Below are positions 36,286 to 43,801 of a stretch of DNA of 61,465 nt, one piece after another. The translations under genes were made by a program, and so were the position numbers. The stretch covers positions 1 through 61,465 of the forward strand of contig CAMVDC010000001.1 in assembly GCA_947166155.1 (NCBI GenBank), read 5' to 3'. The stretch is from an uncultured Prevotellaceae bacterium. Its GTDB lineage: Bacteria; Bacteroidota; Bacteroidia; Bacteroidales; Bacteroidaceae. Under the pieces are notes generated by a model, which did no database searches, was not told the origin of the DNA, and saw only the letters and a list, made by a program, of their open reading frames with translations. How positions within the stretch are numbered: the stretch's first letter is position 1; every line of letters starts with the position of its first letter.

Positions 36286-36995
36286 AGACAGCAGTAATCA
36301 TGGCCGCCGGCATGGGAACCCGCTTCGGCAAGATGACCGAAACCATGCCTAAGGGCTTTATTCCATACAAAGGAAAGGCGATGGTGGTGCGTAGCATAGA
36401 GACACTCATCGGTTGCGGCATCGAGCGCATCATTATCGGTACGGGCTACCAGCACGAGTGTTATGATGCGTTGAAGGAGCAATATCCGCAAATAGAGTGT
36501 GTGCTTTCGCCACGATATGCCGAGACCAACAGCATGTACACCCTATGGAACTGTCGCGAAGCAATAGGCAGCGACGACTTCCTGCTGCTTGAGTCCGACC
36601 TCGTGTTCGAGCCACGAGCCATCCGCGAACTCATCGATTGCGCTTACGAATCGGCTATGCTCATCACACCTGTCACCAAGTTTCAAGACCAATACTACGT
36701 GGAAATGAACTCGAAGTGCGAACTGGTAGCATGTTCGACCAACGAGCACGACATACATCCGCAAGGCGAATTGGTGGGCATACACAAGTTGAGCAACAAG
36801 TTCTACAAGACATGTATCGACGACTATGCAACCAAGGTAGAAGCACAGCCAAAGCTGGGATATGAATACCAGCTGCTCCATACATCCAGGCACTTGATGC
36901 CGATGAATGTGTTGAGGCTCGAAGGACTGCAATGGTATGAAATCGACGATATCGACGACCTCACATTTGCCGAGCAACATGTGAAGATAGAATGA
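36282..36995 (+). CDS. LicC-like nucleotidyltransferase (candidate phosphonate-specific cytidylyltransferase, PntC-like)
   Basis: ATG 36282 (the track ORF starts 30 codons earlier, inside aepY). MKTAVIMAAGMGTRFGKMTETMPKGFIP is the NTP-transferase G-loop. The C-terminal WYEIDDIDDLTFAE matches the LicC family ending. Confidence 0.75.
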   Translation: MKTAVIMAAGMGTRFGKMTETMPKGFIPYKGKAMVVRSIETLIGCGIERIIIGTGYQHECYDALKEQYPQIECVLSPRYAETNSMYTLWNCREAIGSDDFLLLESDLVFEPRAIRELIDCAYESAMLITPVTKFQDQYYVEMNSKCELVACSTNEHDIHPQGELVGIHKLSNKFYKTCIDDYATKVEAQPKLGYEYQLLHTSRHLMPMNVLRLEGLQWYEIDDIDDLTFAEQHVKIE

Positions 36996-37062
36996 ATAAT
37001 TAATAATTAATAATGAATAGCGGATGCTACGTTAATTAATAATGAATAGCGGATGCTTGAGC
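36991..37062 (+). repeat. two copies of the AATAATGAATAGCGGATGCT word (same family and orientation as 38216-38415)
   Basis: AATGAATAATTAATAATTAATAATGAATAGCGGATGCTACG is followed by TTAATTAATAATGAATAGCGGATGCTTGAGC, directly after the nucleotidyltransferase stop and 42 nt before aepZ. Confidence 0.85.
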
Positions 37063-37103
37063 AATAACAATAATATAAAATATATAATTAATAATATATA
37101 ATT

Positions 37104-38219
37104 ATGACTACACCCATAATTCCTACAATAAAGCGAAATGTGCTGCTCAACCCGGGTCCGGCCACAACGACCGACACTGTGAAGATGGCACAAGTGGTGC
37201 CCGACATCTGTCCGCGCGAAAAGGAATTTGCAGGCCTAATGAAAGGTTTGCGTTCCGACTTGCTGCGCGTGGCACACGCACCGGCCGACCAATTCACTGC
37301 AGTGCTTTTCTGCGGTTCGGGCACTATAAACATCGATATATGTATCAACTCGTTGCTGCCCGAAGGCAAGAAGATTCTGGTGGTGAACAACGGTGCTTAC
37401 AACAGCCGCGCCGTCGAGGTGTGCCAGATGTATCACTTGCCATATATCGACCTGAAGTCGAGTGTGTTTGAGCGGCCTAACCTTGCCGACATAGAACGTA
37501 CGCTCAACGAAAACCCCGATGTGGCTGTGGTGTATTGCTGCCACCACGAGACAGGCACAGGCGTTCTCAACCCCATTCGCGAGATTGGAGCCATGGCACA
37601 TCGGCACGGAGCCATTTTCATAAGCGACACCACATCGACCCTTGGCATGATACCGTTCGACATGGTTGAAGATAATGTCGATTTCTGCATGGCATCAGCA
37701 CAGAAAGGGCTCATGGCCATGTCGGGCTTGTCGTTCATCATTGGCAGGAAAGACATCATCGAAGCATCGAAACACTATCCGACACGCTCATACTACTGCA
37801 ACCTATATATGCAGTACGATTACTTCGAGCGTACCGGCGAGATGCATTTCACCCCACCCGTTCAGACCATCTATGCCACAATCCAGGCACTCAAAGAGTA
37901 TTTTGCCGAGGGCGAGGAAGCCAAGTTTGCCCGCCACCGCCGAGTGTATGAAGCCATACGCCGCGGAGTAGCACGCCTCGGCCTCGAGACAGTCATCGAC
38001 CCCGCCATCGAGTCAGGTCTTGTGGTGTCGGTGAAATACCCCGACGACCCACATTTCTCGTTCGAGCGTGTACACGACTACTGCTACGAACGCGGATTCA
38101 CCATCTATCCTGGCAAGATAAGCACCACCAACACCTTCCGCCTCTGTGCGCTCGGAACCATCGATGTGCAGGACATCGAAGACTTCTTCGTGGTATTTGA
38201 ACAGGCACTGAGGAGTTAA
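37104..38219 (+). CDS. aepZ: 2-aminoethylphosphonate:pyruvate aminotransferase (class V aminotransferase)
   Basis: LLNPGPATTTDTVKMAQVVPDICPREKEF N-terminus and the PLP-lysine region MASAQKGLMAMSGLSF. Located inside the phosphonate gene cluster. Confidence 0.8.
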   Translation: MTTPIIPTIKRNVLLNPGPATTTDTVKMAQVVPDICPREKEFAGLMKGLRSDLLRVAHAPADQFTAVLFCGSGTINIDICINSLLPEGKKILVVNNGAYNSRAVEVCQMYHLPYIDLKSSVFERPNLADIERTLNENPDVAVVYCCHHETGTGVLNPIREIGAMAHRHGAIFISDTTSTLGMIPFDMVEDNVDFCMASAQKGLMAMSGLSFIIGRKDIIEASKHYPTRSYYCNLYMQYDYFERTGEMHFTPPVQTIYATIQALKEYFAEGEEAKFARHRRVYEAIRRGVARLGLETVIDPAIESGLVVSVKYPDDPHFSFERVHDYCYERGFTIYPGKISTTNTFRLCALGTIDVQDIEDFFVVFEQALRS

Positions 38220-38415
38220 TGAATAATTAATAATAATGAATAGCGGATGCTCTTTGTTAATGAATAATTAATAATGAATAGCGGATGCTCTTTGTTAATG
38301 AATAATTAATAATGAATAGCGGATGCTTTTTGTTAATGAATAATTAATAATGAATAGCTGAAGCTCTTTGTTAATGAATAATTAATAGCGGATGCTTGGT
38401 GCACAGCGGATGCTA
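38216..38415 (+). repeat. tandem repeat, 38-bp unit TTAATGAATAATTAATAATGAATAGCGGATGCTCTTTG, ~5 copies
   Basis: Units at 38216 (41 bp), 38257, 38295 and 38333, with a degenerate copy at 38371. The array starts at the aepZ stop codon and ends 28 nt before the licD start. Confidence 0.92.
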
Positions 38416-38442
38416 CTTCAATCCTTCAATTATTCAATATAA

Positions 38443-39312
38443 ATGGAGAAAACAGTAATTCCAGCAGGTTTCCTCGACGAGGAGACGAGGAGCGGATATG
38501 TAGTCACAGCCGACATGAAGCGTGTTTGGTCGGTTCAGTTGGAGATGGTTGAGGCATTGCTCGACATCTGTCAGCGCCACAACCTGCGCATTTGGGCCGA
38601 TGCGGGTACATTGCTCGGAGTCATACGTCATGGTGGATATATTCCTTGGGACGACGATATCGACATGGTGATGCCTCGTGAGGACTACGACCGTTTGCAG
38701 CAGATAGCGCCGCATGAGTTGGCCGAGCCTCTCTTCTTCCAAACCATGCACACCGACCCTGGTTACACACACCGTCATGCACAGATTCGCAACTCCAACA
38801 CCGCGGCCATAGGTCTGAACCAGAAGTCATATACTTGTAATTGCGGCATATTCATCGACATCTTTCCACTTGAATACATGCCGGCCAGCCCCCGTCACTT
38901 CAAGCGCCACTACAATCGCATCACCCGCCTGAAGCAACATATACGTCTCATTCAGCGACTGCTCTTGCCGCTGCCCCGGGGCATATACATGTATTGCCGG
39001 AATCACACCACATGCCTGTCCGACGAACGTCTGTTCGACCAGTACGAGGACCTGTTGCGCAGTGTGAAGCGCAGCGACGCATCGACATGGGTCGATATCA
39101 CGTTCAACCACACATCGCCGCAACGCCCTATAGTGCTATACGAGCAGACGCTGTGGATGGATTTCGAGTACCTGAAGATGCCCGTGCCTGCCGGCTACGA
39201 TGCCATTCTCACCACCCATTTCGGCGATTATATGACTCCGGTCAAGTCGCCTTCATACCATGGTACATTGATTTACGATACCGAACATAGTTATAAGGAG
39301 ATACTGAAATAA
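38443..39312 (+). CDS. licD: LicD-family phosphotransferase (copy 1)
   Basis: LRIWADAGTLLGVIRHGGYIPWDDDIDMVMPREDYDRL and IDIFPLE are LicD signature blocks. Confidence 0.8.
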   Translation: MEKTVIPAGFLDEETRSGYVVTADMKRVWSVQLEMVEALLDICQRHNLRIWADAGTLLGVIRHGGYIPWDDDIDMVMPREDYDRLQQIAPHELAEPLFFQTMHTDPGYTHRHAQIRNSNTAAIGLNQKSYTCNCGIFIDIFPLEYMPASPRHFKRHYNRITRLKQHIRLIQRLLLPLPRGIYMYCRNHTTCLSDERLFDQYEDLLRSVKRSDASTWVDITFNHTSPQRPIVLYEQTLWMDFEYLKMPVPAGYDAILTTHFGDYMTPVKSPSYHGTLIYDTEHSYKEILK

Positions 39313-39331
39313 GGAGTTGACATTTTTCATT

Positions 39332-40159
39332 ATGGCAGACTACGACATACACATGCTGCATGAGCGCATACTGAGAATCATGGACGTCATTCACACGGTG
39401 TGCGAGGCTCATGGCCTTCGCTACTATCTGTGGGCAGGCACCATGTTGGGAGCCGTGCGCCATGGCGGCTTCATTCCTTGGGACGATGATGCCGACATAG
39501 CTATGCCTCGCCACGACTACGACTTGCTTGTGGCGAATGCCGAGCAGTGGTTTCCTGCTCCTTTCGAGCTCACATCCATTGAGAAGAGCACGCGCTTCAC
39601 CGGCACTTATGCAAAAATAGTAGATGCCAGTACCACCATCGTCGAGCGCTACGACTTCAATTCGGTGGGGGGCATATATGTCGACCTCTTTCCGCTCGAC
39701 GGCATGAGCAGCAATCCTGTTTGCGCCCGAAGCCATGTGACGCGTTATTCCGTCTTGCGCCAGATGGCATACTTCTGCAACCGCAATCCATATAAGCATG
39801 GTCGTGGACCCTCGTCGTGGCTGCCGCTGTTGATTCAGCGATGCTACAGCAACTACGACTTGCAGTCGAAGGCCATATCGCTGATGCGGCATTATGATTA
39901 CGACAGTCACGACATGATATGCGACTACGACTTTGGTTGTCATGGCATTATGCCAAAGCAGTATGCCGGACGCCCCACACCCATAGGCTTTGAGGGCCAC
40001 ACGTTTCTTGGGGTGGAGAATGCCCACGACTACCTCACCCATCTGTATGGCGACTACATGCAGCTGCCGCCCATTGAGCAGCGTCGTCAGCACAATTTCT
40101 ATTATCTCAACTACGACCTCCCCTTCCGTCAGTATGTCGACGAGCGTAAGTTTGTGTAA
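39332..40159 (+). CDS. licD: LicD-family phosphotransferase (copy 2)
   Basis: ATG 39332 (the track uses TTG 39317). LRYYLWAGTMLGAVRHGGFIPWDDDADIAMPRHDYDLL and VDLFPLD. Paralogue of the preceding gene. Its 3' end overlaps the convergent GT4 gene by 31 nt. Confidence 0.8.
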   Translation: MADYDIHMLHERILRIMDVIHTVCEAHGLRYYLWAGTMLGAVRHGGFIPWDDDADIAMPRHDYDLLVANAEQWFPAPFELTSIEKSTRFTGTYAKIVDASTTIVERYDFNSVGGIYVDLFPLDGMSSNPVCARSHVTRYSVLRQMAYFCNRNPYKHGRGPSSWLPLLIQRCYSNYDLQSKAISLMRHYDYDSHDMICDYDFGCHGIMPKQYAGRPTPIGFEGHTFLGVENAHDYLTHLYGDYMQLPPIEQRRQHNFYYLNYDLPFRQYVDERKFV

Positions 40160-41226
40160 ACCTCCACTATCTTTTTATAAAATATATCATAGTTGAGGTG
40201 CGACTGGAAGTAGTCGGAGGCTGCCTTGCCCATATTCCTGCGCATGGCGGCATCGTTTGTCATCATGCTCAGAGCATCGGCCAGCGCGTGGCTGTCGGCA
40301 GGTGGCACAAGCATGCCGTTGATGCCCGATGTGATATATTCCTGCTGTCCGCCGCCCGTGGTGGTTATCACGCATTTGCCCTGCGACATATATTCCATGC
40401 ATGCCAGCGACGACGATTCGGGCACTATGCTGGGCACCACTCCGAAGTCGGCTCCGCGTATATATGAAAACACATTGGGGCGGAACCCTATGAGGTGCAC
40501 GCGCCCTTCAAGTCGTTTGGTCTTTATTTTTTCCTTCAGAAATGCTGTATAGGTTTCATCGCCGCTTCCTATTATCACCAGGTGGAGTGGCATGTTGTGC
40601 TTCATTGTCAAGGCATTGATCAGTGTGATGAGCCCTTTCTCGGGTGCTATGCGACCGTGATACATGGCCACGACCATGTCGGCATCAATCGAGAACATGC
40701 TGTGCAGGTCTTCTGCCTGGGTGGATTCAGGCAGCGATATGCTGTTGAGTACGACGCATAGTTTCGCTTTGTCGATGGTGGGATTGGTGGCAAGGAATGC
40801 ATCCATCGCCACGTGCGACACAAACACCACACGGTCAACGTGTCGGTACAGCCATCGGTAGGGCAGCGATGTCTTGGCATGGCGCACCAGGTGGCGAGTC
40901 ACCACCACACTCATCGCCCCATTGTGGTTGAAGAGTCGGGCATAGCATGCGGTAAACGCATCCTTGAAGTTGTGGACATGTACCACACATGGCTCCTTGC
41001 CCACTATCGCTGCCAGCTTCTTGGCGCTCCTCACATCGGCCACACCCTTCAGTGGCAGTGTGTGGACCTCGATTCCTGCTTGCTTCATCCGAGTGGTGAT
41101 GGTGTCGACGGGGCGGCACACTACCACCACTCGATGCCCGTCGGCTTGCAATCGGCGGCAGAGGTCGAAGGCGTATTGCTCACCTCCGCCCCACACTTTG
41201 TTTGATATGATGTGGTAGATGGTCAT
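40129..41226 (-). CDS. glycosyltransferase family 4
   Basis: 365 aa. N-terminal YHIISNKVWGGGEQYAFDLCRRL and C-terminal GADFGVVPSIVPESSSLACMEYMSQGKCVI fit the GT-B fold pattern. Confidence 0.75.
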   Translation of the reverse strand: MTIYHIISNKVWGGGEQYAFDLCRRLQADGHRVVVVCRPVDTITTRMKQAGIEVHTLPLKGVADVRSAKKLAAIVGKEPCVVHVHNFKDAFTACYARLFNHNGAMSVVVTRHLVRHAKTSLPYRWLYRHVDRVVFVSHVAMDAFLATNPTIDKAKLCVVLNSISLPESTQAEDLHSMFSIDADMVVAMYHGRIAPEKGLITLINALTMKHNMPLHLVIIGSGDETYTAFLKEKIKTKRLEGRVHLIGFRPNVFSYIRGADFGVVPSIVPESSSLACMEYMSQGKCVITTTGGGQQEYITSGINGMLVPPADSHALADALSMMTNDAAMRRNMGKAASDYFQSHLNYDIFYKKIVEVYTNLRSSTY

Positions 41227-41236
41227 GGGTTGTTTT

Positions 41237-41400
41237 TAATTAATAATGAATAGCGGAGACAAATAATATTTACGATTTAGAAATGGAATAGAACGGACCC
41301 TCTCCCCGGCCCTCCCCCTTTATGGGGAGGGTGTCCATCCGGATGGCTTCCTCTCCCCATAAAGGGGGAGATGCCCAAAGGGCAGAGAGGGTCTGCCCTT
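41237..41400 (-). repeat. composite intergenic cassette (GT2-GT4 gap, minus orientation)
   Basis: Read on the minus strand, the order runs from the GT2 stop through G/C-run hairpins, CCATCCGGATGG (41335-41346), AAATCGTAAATATTATTTGTCTCCGCTATTCATTATTAATTAAAA, to the GT4 ATG. This is the same module order as upstream of dus. Confidence 0.85.
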
Positions 41401-41401
41401 T

Positions 41402-42160
41402 TCAACCTTCCGATGTCGCTTTTTTCTTCTCATACACCTTGGCCAGATAGTAGAACTTGCTCGATGCCGAGAACACGGCTTTGATGAATCCGGCGCGGCC
41501 CTCGAGGCAGGCACCCTCGATGAAGTAGTATTTTATGAATCGCCACAGGGGCGAGAGCATCATCTTCATGAGCGATGCGTCGGTAGTGCCGCGTTTCACG
41601 AGTTCGTTGTCGGTATATTCGTTCATCTTCTTCAGCTGTCCGCCCACGGTGAACCCCATGTGCAATAGTGCGTACTTCGGGTCCTTGGGCATGTGGCCCA
41701 CGCTGCCGCTTATCTTGGGCACTGAGTGTATGGTAGGAGGCCATGTGGCCTTGGTGTGGTTCATGAATCGCAGTTGTGGGTCGGGATACGAAGCCTTGAT
41801 CCATCGCCCCAGAAACATGTTTTTGCGGTTCACGTAGAGTGCATCGTGGTGGTCGGCCTGCTCGATGTAGTCGTACAGATAGTCCCTCAGCTCGGGTGTC
41901 ACACGTTCGTCGGCATCCACCACCAGCACCCACTCGTTGCTGGCCGAGTGGATAGCAAAGTCGCGTGCCGGTTCGCAAATGTTGTACGAGCCCTTGGGGA
42001 ATGTCACCACGTGGCAACCATATCGTCGAGCCACCTCGACCGTGGTGTCGGTACTCTCCATGTCGCACACCACCACCTCGTCGAAGTCCTTGACCGACTC
42101 CAGTGTCCCGGCCAGCGTCTCGGCCGCGTTGTATGTGTTGATAACTATCGAAATCTTCAT
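41402..42160 (-). CDS. glycosyltransferase family 2
   Basis: ATG 42160 gives MKISIVINTYNAAETL, then DEVVVCDMESTD and VLVVDADERV (DXD), which fit a GT-A fold. The track ORF starts 8 codons upstream. Confidence 0.8.
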   Translation of the reverse strand: MKISIVINTYNAAETLAGTLESVKDFDEVVVCDMESTDTTVEVARRYGCHVVTFPKGSYNICEPARDFAIHSASNEWVLVVDADERVTPELRDYLYDYIEQADHHDALYVNRKNMFLGRWIKASYPDPQLRFMNHTKATWPPTIHSVPKISGSVGHMPKDPKYALLHMGFTVGGQLKKMNEYTDNELVKRGTTDASLMKMMLSPLWRFIKYYFIEGACLEGRAGFIKAVFSASSKFYYLAKVYEKKKATSEG

Positions 42161-42328
42161 CGTCATGCATCTTTTCGATGGCAAAGATAGTAATTATTTC
42201 ACATTCCGACGCTCACAATCACCGATTATTTTGCCAAAGACCTCATATTCCTCGTGCCCATCAGCGGCTTTATCAGCCAAAGCTGATATTTCGGTCGCAT
42301 GCGCCTGGCATCCGACAAAACCCTGAGC

Positions 42329-42634
42329 CTACGCACTAAAAACCTCGCGACTACGCATGAAAAAACTCGCGAGTGCGGAGGAATTCTTTAATTTGCGACG
42401 CAAATTATTAAATTTACGTCGCAGTTTTATTAATTTTCCACCGAAAATTATTAAATTTACGTCGCAAATTAAAGAATTACTCCGCACTCGCAGGCAAATT
42501 AGTCCGCACTCGCAGCAAAATTACTGCGCACTCGCAATAAAACTTAACCGTTCCTTCAATAAAACTTCACCGTTCTTCCAGCAAGACTCTACCTTTCTTT
42601 CAGCAAAACTCACCGTTCTCGCTGCAAAAAGAGG
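42329..42634 (+). repeat. ~14-unit array of 22-bp phased repeats around a 98-bp core bounded by 25-bp inverted repeats (element A)
   Basis: Each unit has an A/T-rich half and a G/C-rich half (CGCACTCG, ACGTCGCA or ACCGTTC types). Core IR arms are AATTCTTTAATTTGCGACGCAAATT (42381-42405) and its complement with one mismatch. The 113-bp segment 42380-42492 is 92% identical to 54321-54433. Confidence 0.9.
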
Positions 42635-42799
42635 GTGGCGTGGTGCATGGTGATATGCGCGCGTGTGCGCGTGTAATATTAATAAGGTGTGGTGCATGTA
42701 GTGGCAGGCAGTTGGTCGTTTCGCGTGGTGGATGATGGCGTTGAGGCCGATTTATGCATATTTCGTGTGATAAGGTCGGGTGGTTACATGGTTTTTTCG

Positions 42800-42807
42800 T
42801 ATCTTTG
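42800..42807 (+). promoter_or_regulatory. Bacteroidota -7 box TATCTTTG
   Basis: Exact TAnnTTTG, 15 nt upstream of the LPS-kinase ATG. Confidence 0.55.
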
Positions 42808-42821
42808 CATCGCAATAACTG

Positions 42822-43592
42822 ATGACGATTATGACGAGATATGAACTGAGTGGCGAATATGACTCCAACCGCGATTTGCTCGATTTCATCGGCCGAATCG
42901 ACACAGAGTTCGACACCGAAGGCCGGATTTTGTTTGCCGGCAGGCGCAACACGCTGGGGGAGTTTTGCATAGCCGAGGGGCACCCAGTGCTCGGACATGT
43001 GGTGGTGAAGCGTTTCAACGTCCACGGCCCGCTGGCAAGCATTGTGTATGGAGTGTTTCGACGTTCGAAGGCTCAGCGTGCTTTCCGCAGCGCCTTGCGC
43101 CTGATGGAGGCGGGATGCAGCACTCCGCAGCCGATAGGGTGGATTGAGGTGAAGAGCGGCATGCTGCTCAGGCGTTGCTACTATATATGCACATACACCG
43201 AGGCACAGTCGGTGCGCACCGAGTTGGAGGTGGAACGTAACATGGAGCTTGCCACGAGTTTTGCCCACTTCATCGCACGCATGCATTCGCACGGCATCGT
43301 TCACCACGACCTCAACCTGTCGAACGTGCTTTACGAACTCGATGCCGACGGGCGATATGTCGTTTCGGTAATCGACATCAACCGCACTACCTACACTCCG
43401 CCATCGCGCCTGTCGCTGCGCAGCTGCATCGACGACTTCGTGAGATGGACCGACGACCCCGAACTCTTTGAACACGTAATGCGCCGATATGCCGAAGCGC
43501 GCAACCTCGACCCCGAGGCCTTTCTCGCGAAGGCATGGGGCATGAAACGCTGGCACGATGTGTGGTGGAAAGTGAAGAAATGGCGACTATAA
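42822..43592 (+). CDS. lipopolysaccharide kinase family protein (Kdo/WaaP/InaA type)
   Basis: 256 aa. VVKRFN (Lys), catalytic loop HGIVHHDLNLSNVLY, then VIDINR. A TATCTTTG box lies 15 nt upstream. Confidence 0.7.
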   Translation: MTIMTRYELSGEYDSNRDLLDFIGRIDTEFDTEGRILFAGRRNTLGEFCIAEGHPVLGHVVVKRFNVHGPLASIVYGVFRRSKAQRAFRSALRLMEAGCSTPQPIGWIEVKSGMLLRRCYYICTYTEAQSVRTELEVERNMELATSFAHFIARMHSHGIVHHDLNLSNVLYELDADGRYVVSVIDINRTTYTPPSRLSLRSCIDDFVRWTDDPELFEHVMRRYAEARNLDPEAFLAKAWGMKRWHDVWWKVKKWRL

Positions 43593-43800
43593 AGCCCCCC
43601 TAACACCTCCAAAGCCCCCTCCCTGAATAATTGAAAGGAAGTTAAAGGGAAGTAAAAGGGAGTTAAAAGGGAGTTAAAGGGACGATACCTACTCCGAGGC
43701 AACATCCGTCCTTTTAACTTCATAGCGAAGCGATAACTTCTTTTCCATTCCTTTCCATTCCTAAATAGTAAATAGTAAATCTGTAAATAGTAAATAACAA
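43593..43800 (+). repeat. composite intergenic cassette variant with AAGGGAAGTTAA words
   Basis: CCCCCCTAACACCTCCAAAGCCCCCTCCC, then GGAAGTTAAAGGGAAGTAAAAGGGAGTTAAAAGGGAGTTAAAGGGA (the complement of 17272-17320), then TTCCATTCCTTTCCATTCC, then TAAATAGTAAATAGTAAATCTGTAAATAGTAAATAAC. Confidence 0.8.
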
Positions 43801-43801
43801 A

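Noticed and set aside
38216-38415. CRISPR-like appearance of the 38-bp repeat array. The same question applies to the 22-bp arrays at 14022 and 29386.
   Set aside because: The 38-bp units are head-to-tail with no spacers. The 22-bp arrays have only 10-nt GC-rich spacers that are conserved between the two copies. There are no cas genes or leader in the window.
42357-42653. A 98-aa ORF (MKKLASAEEFFNLRRKLLNLRRSFINFPPK...) and the similar ORF 54334..54714.
   Set aside because: The similarity is fully explained by the shared DNA repeat core. The frames run through inverted repeats and 22-bp units, one uses a TTG start, and the sequence outside the core is unrelated. They are most likely non-coding.
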